A stretch of DNA of 63,014 bases, counting the filler, from Reclinomonas americana ATCC 50394 (taxonomy: Eukaryota): NCBI GenBank assembly GCA_048213135.1. It is 5 parts of 2 records of this genome, joined end to end, with 100 filler letters (N's around TTAATTAATTAA, not from the genome) between each part and the next. Parts side by side here need not be neighbours in the genome. Positions count along the whole stretch, not along the records: positions 46,787 to 56,364 come from PS015212.1; positions 56,465 to 63,014 come from PS015212.1; 3 more parts are not named here. One strand, written 5' to 3'. The stretch's first letter is position 1. Each line of letters starts with the position of its first letter. A program made the position numbers and the translations under genes. Below, in pieces: positions 47,480 through 60,322 of this stretch. The notes under the pieces were generated by a model. It ran no database searches. It worked only from the letters and a program-made list of their open reading frames with translations, and was not told the DNA's origin.

Positions 47480-48913
47480 ATGGACGTCACGGAAGTCGGG
47501 ATGGTGCGTTGACTGCTGTTTGTGCGTGTGAGTGCAGCAGTTTGTACCGCAACGCATGCATGCGTACGCGTTTCGCGATCGCGTGGCGAAGTTCTTGTGT
47601 AAACGACGATTTACTTGCTCATTGGTGCACTTACACACATTTTTTCTTGTCGTCGCGGTGTGGGCAGTCGTCGGTGTCGGTGAGTGTGGGTGGTGGGAGT
47701 GCACGTGCGCAGCGTTTTCACTGCAGCTGTAGACCCCCTTTTGTGTGAGTTTCTCCTTCTCCCTCCTCGTCTCCTTCTTCCGCCATCCTCGGTGTCGACT
47801 GGTTTGCTTCTGACACGGCCCACTCTGTGTACATGCAGGAGGACCTCCTGGAGTCGGTTAGTGAACGCAGAGAGCTCGAGAGACAGAGCAGAAATGCTTG
47901 CGCATGCGCTTGTTGTCGCTGCGCGATCGCTGCGTACGCGTCGTGACGTGCGCTATGATGAAGCCTCATGAAAGCTTTGTGTGCAGTTGATCATGGACGC
48001 CGCCAAAGAGGATATGAAGGTACAGAGAAGCAAAACGAATTCGAAGCGATTCTTCGCGAGCGATCTCACTTTTGTTTTTTCGTGCTTGCAGGAGGTACAG
48101 TGGACGTCGACGTGCTATTCGCATAACTGTGCGCCCACGCGTGCTACTGACCCGTACTGCAGCGCATACGCATGTTGGAGGCGCAGCTGCGGGAGACCGA
48201 AGCGCGTGAACACGAGCGAGAGCGCCGACTGCTCTTCTGGCGACAAAAGGCCAAAGCACGCAAGCAGCAGCTTCGCAAGGCAGAGGAACGGGAGCGACGT
48301 ATGGTGGCCAACTTGCAAGAACAGCTGCTGCTGCACCAGCTGGAGGCCGACGCCCGTGAGCATCAACTGCAGGCCGAACTGTACGAGTTGCAGCAGTGCA
48401 TGAGGATGCAGCAGGTTTGTGCTGGCAAGCAACTTCTCAACTCCACTGCTGTTGGCTGACCGTGAACGGTCCGGATCCTACCCTCTCCCCTCCTCCTCCC
48501 TCTCTCCCTCTCCTGCGTAGCGCAATTCACTGTGCGAGCGGATCGAGGAAACCCTCCAGCGAGTGGCCGAGCGCCGCTTGCAGGCGGAAGTGCTGCAGTC
48601 GCGCAACGACGAGGAGTCGGCGATCGAGCTGACACGCGTGACGCAGGAGCTTCACCAATGTGAGGCCAAGCTTGACCAGTTGTACGCCACGCTCGCCGAT
48701 CTCGACGATCGCGAATGGGTCGCCGGAGATGTCGACAGTGATTGCGACGACCTCGAATGCAGTTCGTTTCCGGATCCAGCACCAGTCGACGACTATCACG
48801 CGCACTGTGGCGACAGCGAAGACGACGAGTGCGTACATGCTGGCACACGCGTGCAGCACAGTGCAGCATGTCAATGCGAACCCCTTGGGCTCGTTTCTTG
48901 CGATCCACTTTGA
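47480..48913 (+). CDS. Coiled-coil hypothetical protein
   Basis: Spliced E/Q/R/L-rich heptads (LEAQLRETEAREHERE..., LTRVTQELHQCEAKLDQL). Stop at 48913; start uncertain. Confidence 0.55.
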
Positions 48914-50282
48914 GATTTTTCCTGCTCCAGCAATTGAGGACAACAGCTCTCAGTAAACGAACAGCAAGGCGTCGTGTTGCACCGCAAGATGAGTCACTGT
49001 CGTAACCTCCTCACTCACTGCCGGCGCGACCCGGTGCGCTTGTAGTTGCTCGACCAGCTCATCGTTCGCGATGTACACACCATCCAATGCACCGTTTTGT
49101 CCCGCAGTTCATCCTCTGCAAACCAACTCTGCTGTCGCCCAGTGAAGACTCCTCCCCTTCTTTGTCCATCACACCTCGCCACGGTCGTGATCAGACGTGC
49201 ACGCTCGAGTTCTGCCAGTGACGATTCTGCGAAATATTCACATCGCATTGCCAAAACAGGACGGTGCTGTTTTCGTCATTTTTCTCTCCCCCACTCGCCT
49301 CACCTTGACTGCCGCACCCACACCCCCACTCTCTCATATCAGCTCAACACCTCACTCGCAGTCACATTCGTGCCGGTGCGCGCGTGCGCGTGCATGTGTC
49401 CGCAAAGTTTGCGGAATGAAAAAAGTGACCGTTGCAAAATTTCGCTCACCTCACGCACTCCTCATCGCGTGTCTGTGTGTTTGTGTGTGCGCGCGCGTTG
49501 CTGTATANNNNNNNNNNNNNNNNNNNNNNNNNNNNNNNNNNNNNCATGTGTGTGAGTGAGTGGGGCAGGGGAGGGGGAGGGGCGAAGGAGTGTTACCTTA
49601 TCGCCAGGACCCATAGCAAAAGTGTTGGAAGTGTGGAGCGCACTGCCGAGTGCACACGTCGCGAAGGCATTATCGCTGTGCACAGAACGTATGCACGCAT
49701 AAGCAACGTGTAGCGAGGAGGGTGGGGGGTGGGAATCACGTGTGGTGCACTAACTCGTCTTCTCTCCACCCAACAGTGCAAAATCACCAATCACGCGCGC
49801 CTTCACCAAGATGCACACACACGCACACACAGAGAGATGCGCAGAGCTCTCTTCTACGCCAAAGCGACTGGTGTTTCGCACGAAAGGAACCGGCAGAAGA
49901 GAGCACTCTTTTCTTTCACACACACACACACACTGCAAACGTGCGCACACTCACGCGTACTCACACACGCGCGCTCACACACCAGTGCTGAAAGCAGCGA
50001 GCAGTAACAGCCAGCAGCACACAAGCGACACAAGCGACGCCCTTCTCACAGTTCTCTCCAAAAAGAACAACACAGAAAAATACGTTGGGGAATGTCGTCT
50101 TCGCGCTCGTTTTCCCCACTCACCGGGTGGCTGCAGGCTGCTTGCTGTCTCTCTCTGTCTCTCTCTGTGAGTGTCTCTCTGTTCCACACAGTCGCGAGGT
50201 GGGGGCGACCAGGTTTGCGNNNNNNNNNNNNNNNNNNNNCATACACTCTTTCTTCTTCACGACACACAGCTGTGCAGTCGCC

Positions 50283-53200
50283 ATGGCGCGAGCCTTCAAC
50301 GCCAGCGCTCCCTTATCTGGTGACACCGCCATGATGGGAGCAGATGGTACGCTGGTGACCGCCGTCAAGACCAACGCTGCCACACCCATTTGCACGACGG
50401 CCGCCGATTGCAACAATGGCGGCACGTGTGTTGGTGGTCTGTGCTCATGCTTCCCCGGCCTCGGCGGCACACGCTGCGAGTGCCGCCCAGTCGAGACATG
50501 CAAGTTTCGTTGGCACTGCCAGCAGTTGTCTCGTGTTTTCGATCCCCCTTCTTTTGTTCTCACGCCCGCTCCCTCCACACAGTGGTTACGGCGAGTGCGA
50601 CGACACCGGCAAGTGCATCTGCCACACCGGTCGCACCGGCGACAATTGCCAGTGCACCAACGGCATGGTGGGACCGAACTGTGATCAGCAGCCTCGTTGC
50701 GTCTACTTGCAGAGTGTGCGCCTGCCTCTACCTGTTTGCTCAAGCAAAAGTATCTCTTCATTTTTCACGTGGCACAGCTCCGCAACCTCCTTCACAGCTC
50801 ATCTTCACGCGACCGAACAGCGCGCTGCCGCTGCCGCTGCCAGTCGCGCCCGGCGTGACCGTGGCCTCGCTTGACGCTCGTGACCCAAACCCTACCGACA
50901 CGTTTACCTTTTCATTGGTCGCCGGTGACGGAGATCGTGACAATGGGTTGTTCAAGATCAACACGCGCAATCTGGACTTGCCCGCCACGGGCACTGGCTT
51001 GCCGAATCTCAGTGTTAAGAACCCACCGCTGCAGATCCGCTTGCGCGTCACCGATCAGACAGGCTTGTTCCTGGAAAAGGCAGTGACGATTCCCGTCAAC
51101 AACTCGCCCTCCGACCTCAAGGTGTGTGTGGCCGCCCTCCTTCTTCTTCTTCTTCTTCCTCCTCCTCCAGATCTTGTTCACTCACGGTTCTCTCCCTCAT
51201 CCCCCTTGCTCTCTTTCATGTGGATCAGGCCGACACCACGTTCTACCGCAGTCCGGCGGTGAGCGGGGCGTGGGTGGCCAACATTGCCTCCACGGACGAC
51301 GCCGGAGATGTGAGTGTGTATAGCATCACCTCACAGACGCCTCTGCGGGCGTTCAAGGTCTCCAACTCCACGCTGGTGATTGACACGCCACCCACGGGTG
51401 ACGTGACCATCCGCCTTCGTGTGACGGACCCCGGCAACAGCATGTACCTGGAGCGCGTGTTCACCTTTTTCGAGGCCGTGCCACCCAGCAACATCACCCT
51501 CAGCAACAATCGGTACCCCTACCCTTCCACGGCTGGCGACCTCATTGGCTCACTGACCACGGTCGACACTCGCCCCGGCAACCACACGTTCTCGATCTTG
51601 GCGTGCACGCCGGCCAATGCCGTTGTACTTGCCGGCACACAGAACGACCAGCTGCGCGTTGGAGCCGCACCCATTTCCGGAACGGTTACGGTGCGCGTAC
51701 GCACCCTCAACACGTTCAGTCAGCTGTGGCTCGACATGGATCTGGCGCTGCTGGAGACCAACGTGGCGCCCACTGGCATGTCACTGGCCATTCTCTCCGA
51801 CCCGTACCCGCTGCCGCTGCCGGTGGCGAATGGCACACTGATTGGCACGCTGGCGACAACGGATCCGAACATGGTCGACAAGTTCACATACTCGCTGGTG
51901 GCAGGCACCGGCGACACCGACAACGCCTTCTTCAACATCACCGGCAACGGCCTGTACACGAAGAACACGTCGACCATTCCCTCCAATTTCTCGCGCTCGC
52001 TACAGGNNNNNNNNNNNNNNNNNNNNNNNNNNNNNNNNNNNNNNNNNNNNNNNNNNNNNNNNNNNNNNNNNNNNNNNNNNNNNNNNNNNNNNNNNNNNNN
52101 NNNNNNNNNNNNNNNNNNNNNNNNNNNNNNNNNNNNNNNNNNNNNNNNNNNNNNNNNNNNNNNNNNNNNNNNNNNNNNNNNNNNNNNNNNNNNNNNNNNN
52201 NNNNNNNNNNNNNNNNNNNNNNNNNNNNNNNNNNNNNNNNNNNNNNNNNNNNNNNNNNNNNNNNNNNNNNNNNNNNNNNNNNNNNNNNNNNNNNNNNNNN
52301 NNNNNNNNNNNTGCGCCTGCAGACCACCGACTCGGGCGGTCTGACGTTTGCGCAACGCTTCTTCCTGCCAAGTTTCGTCCACATCTCTCTCTCTCTATCT
52401 CTTTCCACTGCTCCCACTCTCTGCTCACTCATTCCTACTTGTGCATCCACCAGCCAACATGGCGCCGCAAGACATTGTGATCACGTCCAACCGCTACGCA
52501 CTGCCACCAACAGTCGGCGCCACTATTGGCACGCTGTCGGCAGTCGACGCGGCTGGTGACACACACAAGTTTGAGCTGCTGGCCATGCAGCCGTCGGGAG
52601 CCTTTTCACTGAACGTGGACAAGCTGCTGGTGAACTCGGCCACCATCTCTGGCAACAACCTCAACGTCACTGTGCGAGCCACCGACAAGATCAATGGTCG
52701 TTTTGTGGAGAAGACCCTGACGATTGCGGAAGGTGCGTGTGTTTGTTGGCCTGCAACCCTCTAGCGTCTTTGCACCATTATCGCTTACCACACTTTACCC
52801 CCTTCATAGCGTCCATGCCGCCCACCAACATTACGCTGCGTTTCGACTATCTCGGCAAGCTGGCCCTGCCGGTTGTTGGTAACACCGTGATTGGTGCGCT
52901 GACGGCCACGGACCCCAACACGGCGGACACGGTAACATTTTCGATGACTACCGGCGCCAACGCCACCGACAGCGACAACGCCTACTTTTACATCTCTGGC
53001 ACTGCGACACTGCGTGTCGTGCCGGCCGGCATCCCGAATCAGCAGCGCACGCCCATGATTGCAATGGTGCGCGCCACAGATTCGAGTGGTCTGTTCGTCG
53101 ACGTGCGCCTCGAAGTGCCGGTGAACAACGCCCCGAGCAACATCGCCGTCGATTACCCGTACTACACCGTGCCGCCGGTTGCCACCATGATTGTCGGCAA

Positions 53201-56079
53201 CGTGGTGGTGGCCGACGACGTTGGCGACACGGCGCTGCTGTTCATCAACTCGCAGTCGCCGGCTGGCATTTTCACGCTGAGCGGCTCGCAGCTGGTGATG
53301 GCCTCGGTGCCGACACCGACCGCCGGTGTTTACCCGACCATCACCCTCTCGCTGCGTGCCACCGACTCGGTGACCAGTCGGTTCATCGACAAGAGTTTTG
53401 TTGTGCAGCCGGATCTGCCAACCACCGTCAAGGTCGACCCCGGCGTGCCGGTGCCGCCGTACCGAGTGGTGCCGACGCTCTCCTCGGCCCCGCTGCCACT
53501 GGCTCTGCCGCTCTCTGGCAGCACCGTGGTGGCCACTCTGCAGGCGCTGGACCTCAATGTGGGCGACACATTCAACTACACGCTGGTTGCCGGTACCGGC
53601 GACACCGACAATGCCAACTTTGCGCTGGCCTCCGCCACTGGCGTGCTGTCAACCAAGGCGGGCGTCTCAGTGGCTGGCGGACGCAGCACGCCGCTGCGCA
53701 TTCGGGTCCGCGCCACTGACCGCTCTGGCCAGTCGCTGGACACGGCTCTGCAGCTGCCCATCAACAACCCGCCGAGCGACGTTGTGTTGTCGACGACTTC
53801 CATTGCCTCGGCCGCGCTGTCGGGTGCGGTGGCTGCCAACATCTCTGCCATTGACGATGTCGGCGACACGCACACCTTCTCCATCCGCTCACAACAGCCG
53901 ATCGATGCCTTCTTCTTGTCCGGCAATCAGCTGATGATTGGCACGCGATACAGCGGAAACCTGTTGGTGACCCTGCGCGCCGCTGACACCAAGAACGGCG
54001 TGTTCCTCGACAAGGCCTTCACCATCACCTCGGCCGGTGGTGTCGCGCAGCCAAGTCCAGCTGATGCCTACTACTCGTCCACCTGCTCGGCTGGTTTCAA
54101 GGGCGACTGCACCGTGCGCTGCGTGGCTACCGACACTTGCGTTGCGTAAAAATCCTCTTTCATTCTCCTTCTTCTTTGCTCGTGTGGACTGCTTGCTGAC
54201 ATGCCGCCTTTTCTTCTTTTTTCTTTTTCGCAGACTGGTGGCTGCACCACCAAGGCCACAGTCACCCAGCAGGTGGCGCAAGATGGCAACGGGCGGCGGC
54301 GATGGACTCTGTCGCGCTGCTCACGCCAGATGCGTATCCGCGGCGGCACCAGTGTGGTCACGCAGTCCGACATGCAGTTCCTGCGCTCGATTGGCGGCAA
54401 CACGGTCTACCTCTACGGATTGGACCAGTTGAACTCACCGTTCCTCGACAACTTGTACCAGCTCGGCATGAACGCCATTGTTGGCTTCAAGCTCCAGGCG
54501 GAAAAGGCCACTGGTCGTTTCGACCCCTTCACTTGTTGCGTCTGTTTCAAATTTTTTGCACCCCGTTTCGGTTACGCTGACATTGTGTTGATCGTCTACG
54601 TAGATGGCGCGTCCAGCGATGCCGAGGCGGCGCAAGTTGCCTTCTTGGTCAGCGTGGTGAATCTCTACAAGGACCACCCCGCGCTGCTGGCGTGGAGCAT
54701 TGGAGACAATTTCGCTTCGACATTTGCCGCTGGCGACCGACTGCGCATTTACCAGTCGATCAACACGATTGCGACGGCCATCAAGGTCGCCGACAGCAAC
54801 CACCCAGTTATCATGCCGATTCTGGATTCGGAGTCGATTGCTAGCGGTGCGGCTGCCGCCATCTCTGCCGTCGACATGCTGCTCGTGTCGACATCGTCGT
54901 CGGCCACCAAGCTGCCGAGCACATTTNNNNNNNNNNNNNNNNNNNNNNNNNNNNNNNNNNNNNNNNNNNNNNNNNNNNNNNNNNNNNNNNNNNNNNNNNN
55001 NNNNNNNNNNNNNNNNNNNNNNNNNNNNNNNNNNNNNNNNNNNNNNNNNNNNNNNNNNNNNNNNNNNNNNNNNNNNNNNNNNNNNNNNNNNNNNNNNNNN
55101 NNNNNNNNNNNNNNNNNNNNNNNNNNNNNNNNNNNNNNNNNNNNNNNNNNNNNNNNNNNNNNNNNNNNNNNNNNNNNNNNNNNNNNNNNNNNNNNNNNNN
55201 NNNNNNNNNNNNNNNNNNNNNNNNNNNNNNNNNNNNNNNNNNNNNNNNNNNNNNNNNNNNNNNNNNNNNNNNNNNNNNNNNNNNNNNNNNNNNNNNNNNN
55301 NNNNNNNNNNNNNNNNNNNNNNNNNNNNNNNNNNNNNNNNNNNNNNNNNNNNNNNNNNNNNNNNNNNNNNNNNNNNNNNNGACGCTCTCAACTCCACTCT
55401 GCCGTACATACTAGCGTACGGAGTGCCGAGCCCGGCCGACTCCACCAAGACGGCGTGGGGCGCCCCGATCGAGATGACCACAGCCAGCGCGGCTGACTGG
55501 CAGCTCGCTGTCCAGTCGGCAGCGCGCAGCGACGGCCGTGTCATTGGCTCCATGGTCGACTTCAGCTTCCGCATGTCGTCGGCCACTGTAGCCGCCGGCA
55601 GCACCCTGACATGGAACAGTCTGTTTGTGCCTCCGCAGTTGGCGAGTGGCATGCCACGCACCGCCGCTCTCGACCAGCTGCGTTCGCAGTGGTTGGGCGA
55701 GATTGGCGGTGCGGCCGACGCCTCGTACAAGCCAGCACCACAGCTGCCGACCACCAACGCTCTCACCACCAGCATCAGCCTGTCGTCGGTGAAGCGCGGT
55801 GTGGCGGCCAGCGCGGACGTGTACGTCAGCTCGGTGACCACTGGCTGCGCGCCACTCAAGTTCGCCCTTCAGATCCGCACGGACGGCTCACTCACCACCG
55901 ACGCCCTGGCTATTGTCGGCGACGAGTTTGCCGTGGCGCCCGATCTCAACAACAGTTTGCACTACCGTGTGACGTTCCAAGTACCCGTGGTCAACGGCCC
56001 GTACAGGCTGTTTGCTGTGGTTACAGATCAGTGCGGAGGCGCAGCAACGGCGAACACGCCGTTCCAAGTCACAAGCTAG
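50283..56079 (+). CDS. Large extracellular protein: EGF-like repeats, bacterial-type cadherin-like repeats, GH-A (GH2/GH158-like) TIM barrel lacking catalytic Glu, C-terminal beta domain
   Basis: CNNGGTC..CSC..GLGGTRC EGF motifs. Repeated DPN..D.FTYSLVAGTGDTDN..F.I and IRVRATD..G cadherin motifs at ~50780-54030. GGNTVYLYG, YKDHPALLAWSIGDN, KTAWGAPIE, GPYRLFAVVTD..GGAATANTPF. Stop at 56079. Confidence 0.8.
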
Positions 56080-56408
56080 AGCGTGTCTGTGGGATGTGGG
56101 AGTGTGGGGTGTGCGTGTGTGTGTGTCGCAACTAATCTTCCGCGACTCTGCGAGGGTAAGAGAGGGAGAAAAACAGATGGGGAATTGTGGGTGCCCTTGA
56201 TTCTCTTTCAGTAGTGTGGTGGTGGTAGTGGTGGTGGATGGCTCTTGCAGAGAGATGTAACCTGTGTGGTGTTTCCGTTTTTTGTCTTGAGAAAACCAAA
56301 TGTATGCAAAACAAGGAGATTTCGTTACATTTTTGTTTCTTGTGTATACGTCATTGGTGATTATNNNNNNNNNNNNNNNNNNNNNNNNNNNNNNNNNNNN
56401 NNNNNNNN

Positions 56409-56420
56409 TTAATTAATTAA
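56409..56420. other. Artificial scaffold linker
   Basis: TTAATTAATTAA flanked by Ns. Confidence 0.97.
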
Positions 56421-56560
56421 NNNNNNNNNNNNNNNNNNNNNNNNNNNNNNNNNNNNNNNNNNNNAATACAGGGGAGCTCTGAAATGCACACGGGAGCAGA
56501 TGAGGATACCAATGGAGAGCAATGTGACTTGCAAAGGGAAAAAACAACAACGCACCGTCA

Positions 56561-59500
56561 TCATCTAACGACATTTTGCGGTGTGTTGAAACCCGACGGT
56601 GCACGGAAGCCACCCTCGATGCCGGCGAACAGATCGTCGCTGTCGTTCTCACCCTCCTCAAAATCCTGGTTCGTTGATGATAAGGACGAGATAGACAGAC
56701 AGAGGGAGAGAGAGAAGCAGCATTGGGTTCAAGTCAGCACGCAACAGTACCCAGGAATTCCAGCTGTGGTGCGCGTGGTGGAGGCGCCTGCACCACTGCC
56801 ACCGGACTGCTCTCAAAGTCTTGTGTCGCTTGTTCCACTGGCGCTGCAACTGGTGACGGTCTTTGTGGTGGCGGTGGTGGTGGTGCGACAGCGTTGACAG
56901 GTGTCGCGGGACCAAGAGGTACGGGGGGACGGAAGCCGCCTTGCATATTGGCAAACAGATCACCGTCGTCGCCGTCGCCATCGTGCTCGTCACCGCCCTG
57001 CATACACACACACCATCATCATGAGAACCAGTGACTGGGAATTGCAATAGCGAGGCTGCTGCACACGAAACATCGTCGTCGTACTCAAACGATGGTCCCT
57101 GCAGGGCGCCCACTTCAATGGGCGGCGGTGGGGCAGCGGCGGAACTCGCCATGTGTGGATTGTCATGCTGCACACAACACACAAAGTTAGATAATGGGCG
57201 AAAGACACACAGTGGTCATGGAGGACGCACCGTGACGCTTTCCATGTGCAATCGCGCCTCGCCCATTGGTGCCGCCGAGAGCGCAGCTTGTAACTGCCCA
57301 CCACCGACCTCATGAGGAACGAGCAAAATGAGGAACAAATGCATGCAAGTGACGTACTCTTGGCGGAGCGCGGTTGGCCGATGGAGGGCTGGCGGGCGGA
57401 ATCGGCTGTCGGCCATGGTGTTGCATCTGTACCAAGAGATTTAGTACGTGGAAAGCGTGCGACGACACACGACAGTGGCCGCAACTTTCTCTTCATATGC
57501 CGCGTCACCGGCACCATATTCCGAGTCGGCAAGCGCCGGCTGTGCATCAGCGAGTGTGAATTGCTGTCGACGGGAACACCAGTGCCATCTCATTCACACA
57601 ACTTGCACGGAGGATGGACTCGTCAACTGCGACGGCGACATGCGTCGAGCCCCGTTGACGTAGCCTTGCTCGTTTGCCTCAATGTCCTGTGTGCAGCGAC
57701 AGCATGTGAGACCGCTGGGCACCAGAAGGAGGAGGAGGGTTTCTCTTTGCACACACACAGACCTTTCCATCGGCGGCCACGGGCTACGCGAGAATGCAAC
57801 GACAAGAGCGGAGTGAGCACACGATCAACTTACAAAGACCACGTGTTGGAGTAAAACGTACTGGATTCTGCACAGGGGAGCCCGGGAGCACAACGCCACC
57901 GGCCGCCTGCATGTTTAGCGCCGGCTGGAGTTGCGGAGGACCACGACCGAGGACGACCGACGGAACACGGTGAGCCATCTGGTCGCCCTCCGCCATTGGC
58001 TGCATTGCAATGGCCACTGCCGCGGCGGCACTTCCGCTATTGTTGTTGTTGTTGTCGGCCAGCGCAATCGGGCCGCCAGGCGTCACTCCGCTGCCGGAGG
58101 CGTTGTTCAGCTGGCCGGCACCACCACCGCTGCCGCCGTACTGCTCAGCGTACGGATCACTGGCCATGCGCACAACCTCAGGGGCGGCGGGCGTGGTTCG
58201 GTTGCGGAACAGCAGAAGACACAGCTCGAGAGGCTGCACGCACAGTNNNNNNNNNNNNNNNNNNNNGGTCAAGCTGCGCGTCAACTGCTACTACGAGTCG
58301 TACTCGGGGCAGCTGGCGAACAACTACTTTTGTGGACTGGCCACGTGGGCCGATCGCGTCTTTTACGCGCTGCTCGGCATGATCTGGCTCAACTTTTCGC
58401 AAAAGATCTTCGAGGTTGGCAAGTCGCGATCGAGTCTCGTCCGCAAGCTCAACATTGCTCTCATTGCCTCGTTGCTGGTACGTGCGTGCACTCGCCGTTG
58501 AGAAAGAGCGGAAGTGCCTTGTGTGCTCACTGTGGCCTTCTGTAAACGAAAAAGGTGCTGCTGACGGTTGACCTCGGACTGGAGTTGTACATGCCTGTCA
58601 CGAATCCTCCGAACCGGCCAACGTACTACGTGCTGCTGTCGGTGAGAGGGCGCTCTGTGTGTGTGCCATGATCTTTCGCGCATCACAATGGCTGAATCAC
58701 TGCAGATCGGCACCGTCACCATTGTATTCTTCCTGGGTGCGCTGACCGTGGTCTTGATTGCTGTCGCCTGCCACTGCAGCACGGTGCGCAAGATGCCACT
58801 GCGTACGCGATGGACCATGATCAAGGTGCGGTGATTTGTTTCTCTCCGACTCCTCTGACCATTGTCGCCACTGACGCGGTGACGCAGATTGCCAGCCTCT
58901 TGCTGATTTACGTGGCCGGTGCAATTGTTCGACTGTACTTTACCACCCGCCAAGTGCTCTCCAATTACGAGTCCCCAGAGGCGTGGTACGAAGGTGCATC
59001 ACGTCTGCCCGTGCGCCTGCCCTCTGCCTCCGTTGTCCTCACTCTCCGCATCGGCACAGCCACACTCGGCATCATTCTCTGCCAGTGGCTAGTTGCGTGT
59101 GTGCAGTCTCCGTCACATGGTGAACAATAGTAACCCTTTTNNNNNNNNNNNNNNNNNNNNNNNNNNNNNNNNNNNNNNNNNNNNNNNNNNNNNNNNNNNN
59201 NNNNNNNNNNNNNNNNNNNNNNNNNNNNNNNNNNNNNNNNNNNNNNNNNNNNNNNNNNNNNNNNNNNNNNNNNNNNNNNNNNNNNNNNNNNNNNNNNNNN
59301 NNNNNNNNNNNNNNNNNNNNNNNNNNNNNNNNNNNNNNNNNNNNNNNNNNNNNNNNNNNNNNNNNNNNNNNNNNNNNNNNNNNNNNNNNNNNNNNNNNNN
59401 NNNNNNNNNNNNNNNNNNNNNNNNNNNNNNNNNNNNNNNNNNNNNNNNNNNNNNNNNNNNNNNNNNNNNNNNNNNNNNNNNNNNNNNNNNNNNNNNNNNN

Positions 59501-60322
59501 NNNNNNNNNNNNNNNNNNNNNNNNNNNNNNNNNNNNNNNNNNNNNNNNNNNNNNNNNNNNNNNNNNNNNNNNNNNNNNNNNNNNNNNNNNNNNNNNNNNN
59601 NNNNNNNNNNNNNNNNNNNNNNNNNNNNNNNNNNNNNNNNNNNNNNNNNNNNNNNNNNNNNNNNNNNNNNNNNNNNNNNNNNNNNNNNNNNNNNNNNNNN
59701 NNNNNNNNNNNNNNNNNNNNNNNNNNNNNNNNNNNTTGAGGAACACACAGATGGTGACAACTGTGACCGCAAAGAGAATGAGGCGCATGCGGGAGGCGAA
59801 CAAGCAAGCAAGGAGAGCCCCCACACGCAACAGGCGCTCTCCACGGCCGCGCCCACGCGAATGATCGACGCACGAGTCCAGAATCGCAACGGAGGTCCAC
59901 CAGTGCTCTCCGGCGCACCCGGAGTCGACGCAGCAGCCAGTCGCCTCTTTCTCCACGCCGATCGCGGTCCACACCACATCGAGTACAAGTCGTACCCGAT
60001 GAGGAGCATGGCGTGCGCAAACGTCACGGCAAAGAGGATTCCCGACACCACATCGATCTGATCACTCACTCACTCATTAAGTGACTCTGTCTGTGTGTAT
60101 GCGACTGTGCATAAGAGGGAGAGCGCGCACCTGTTGGCAGCCGACGGGTGGCGGTGGCTTGGGCTTTGGAGGCGCCGGCGCAGGTGGTGGCGCCACCTCC
60201 ATCATCATCACCACCTGCTGCATCATCTGCATCACGGTGCCCATGGCAGCAGCGGCACCACTTCCACCTGTGCTCCCACTGCCTCCACTCATCGCAGCAC
60301 CTCCGCCATTCGTTCCGCTCAT
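56561..60322 (-). CDS. Seven-transmembrane (GPCR-like) protein with a long disordered C-tail; TM3-7 exons lie on an inverted contig (58268-59091, +)
   Basis: Minus strand: TM1 (VVSGILFAVTFAHAMLLI) and TM2 (LILFAVTVVTICVFL). Plus strand: five hydrophobic segments ending ILCQWL. Minus strand resumes with PLELCLLLF in matching phase, followed by a Pro/acidic tail to the stop at 56561. Confidence 0.65.

Noticed and set aside
19700-56420. Recurrent TTAATTAATTAA palindrome as a biological element
   Set aside because: Always centred in N runs and gives stops in all six frames. It is an artificial concatenation linker, so genes on either side are not true neighbours.
13589-59140. Trans-splicing or ciliate-style gene scrambling to explain opposite-strand exons
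   Set aside because: All three inverted segments are bounded exactly by assembly gaps, so mis-oriented contigs are the simpler explanation.
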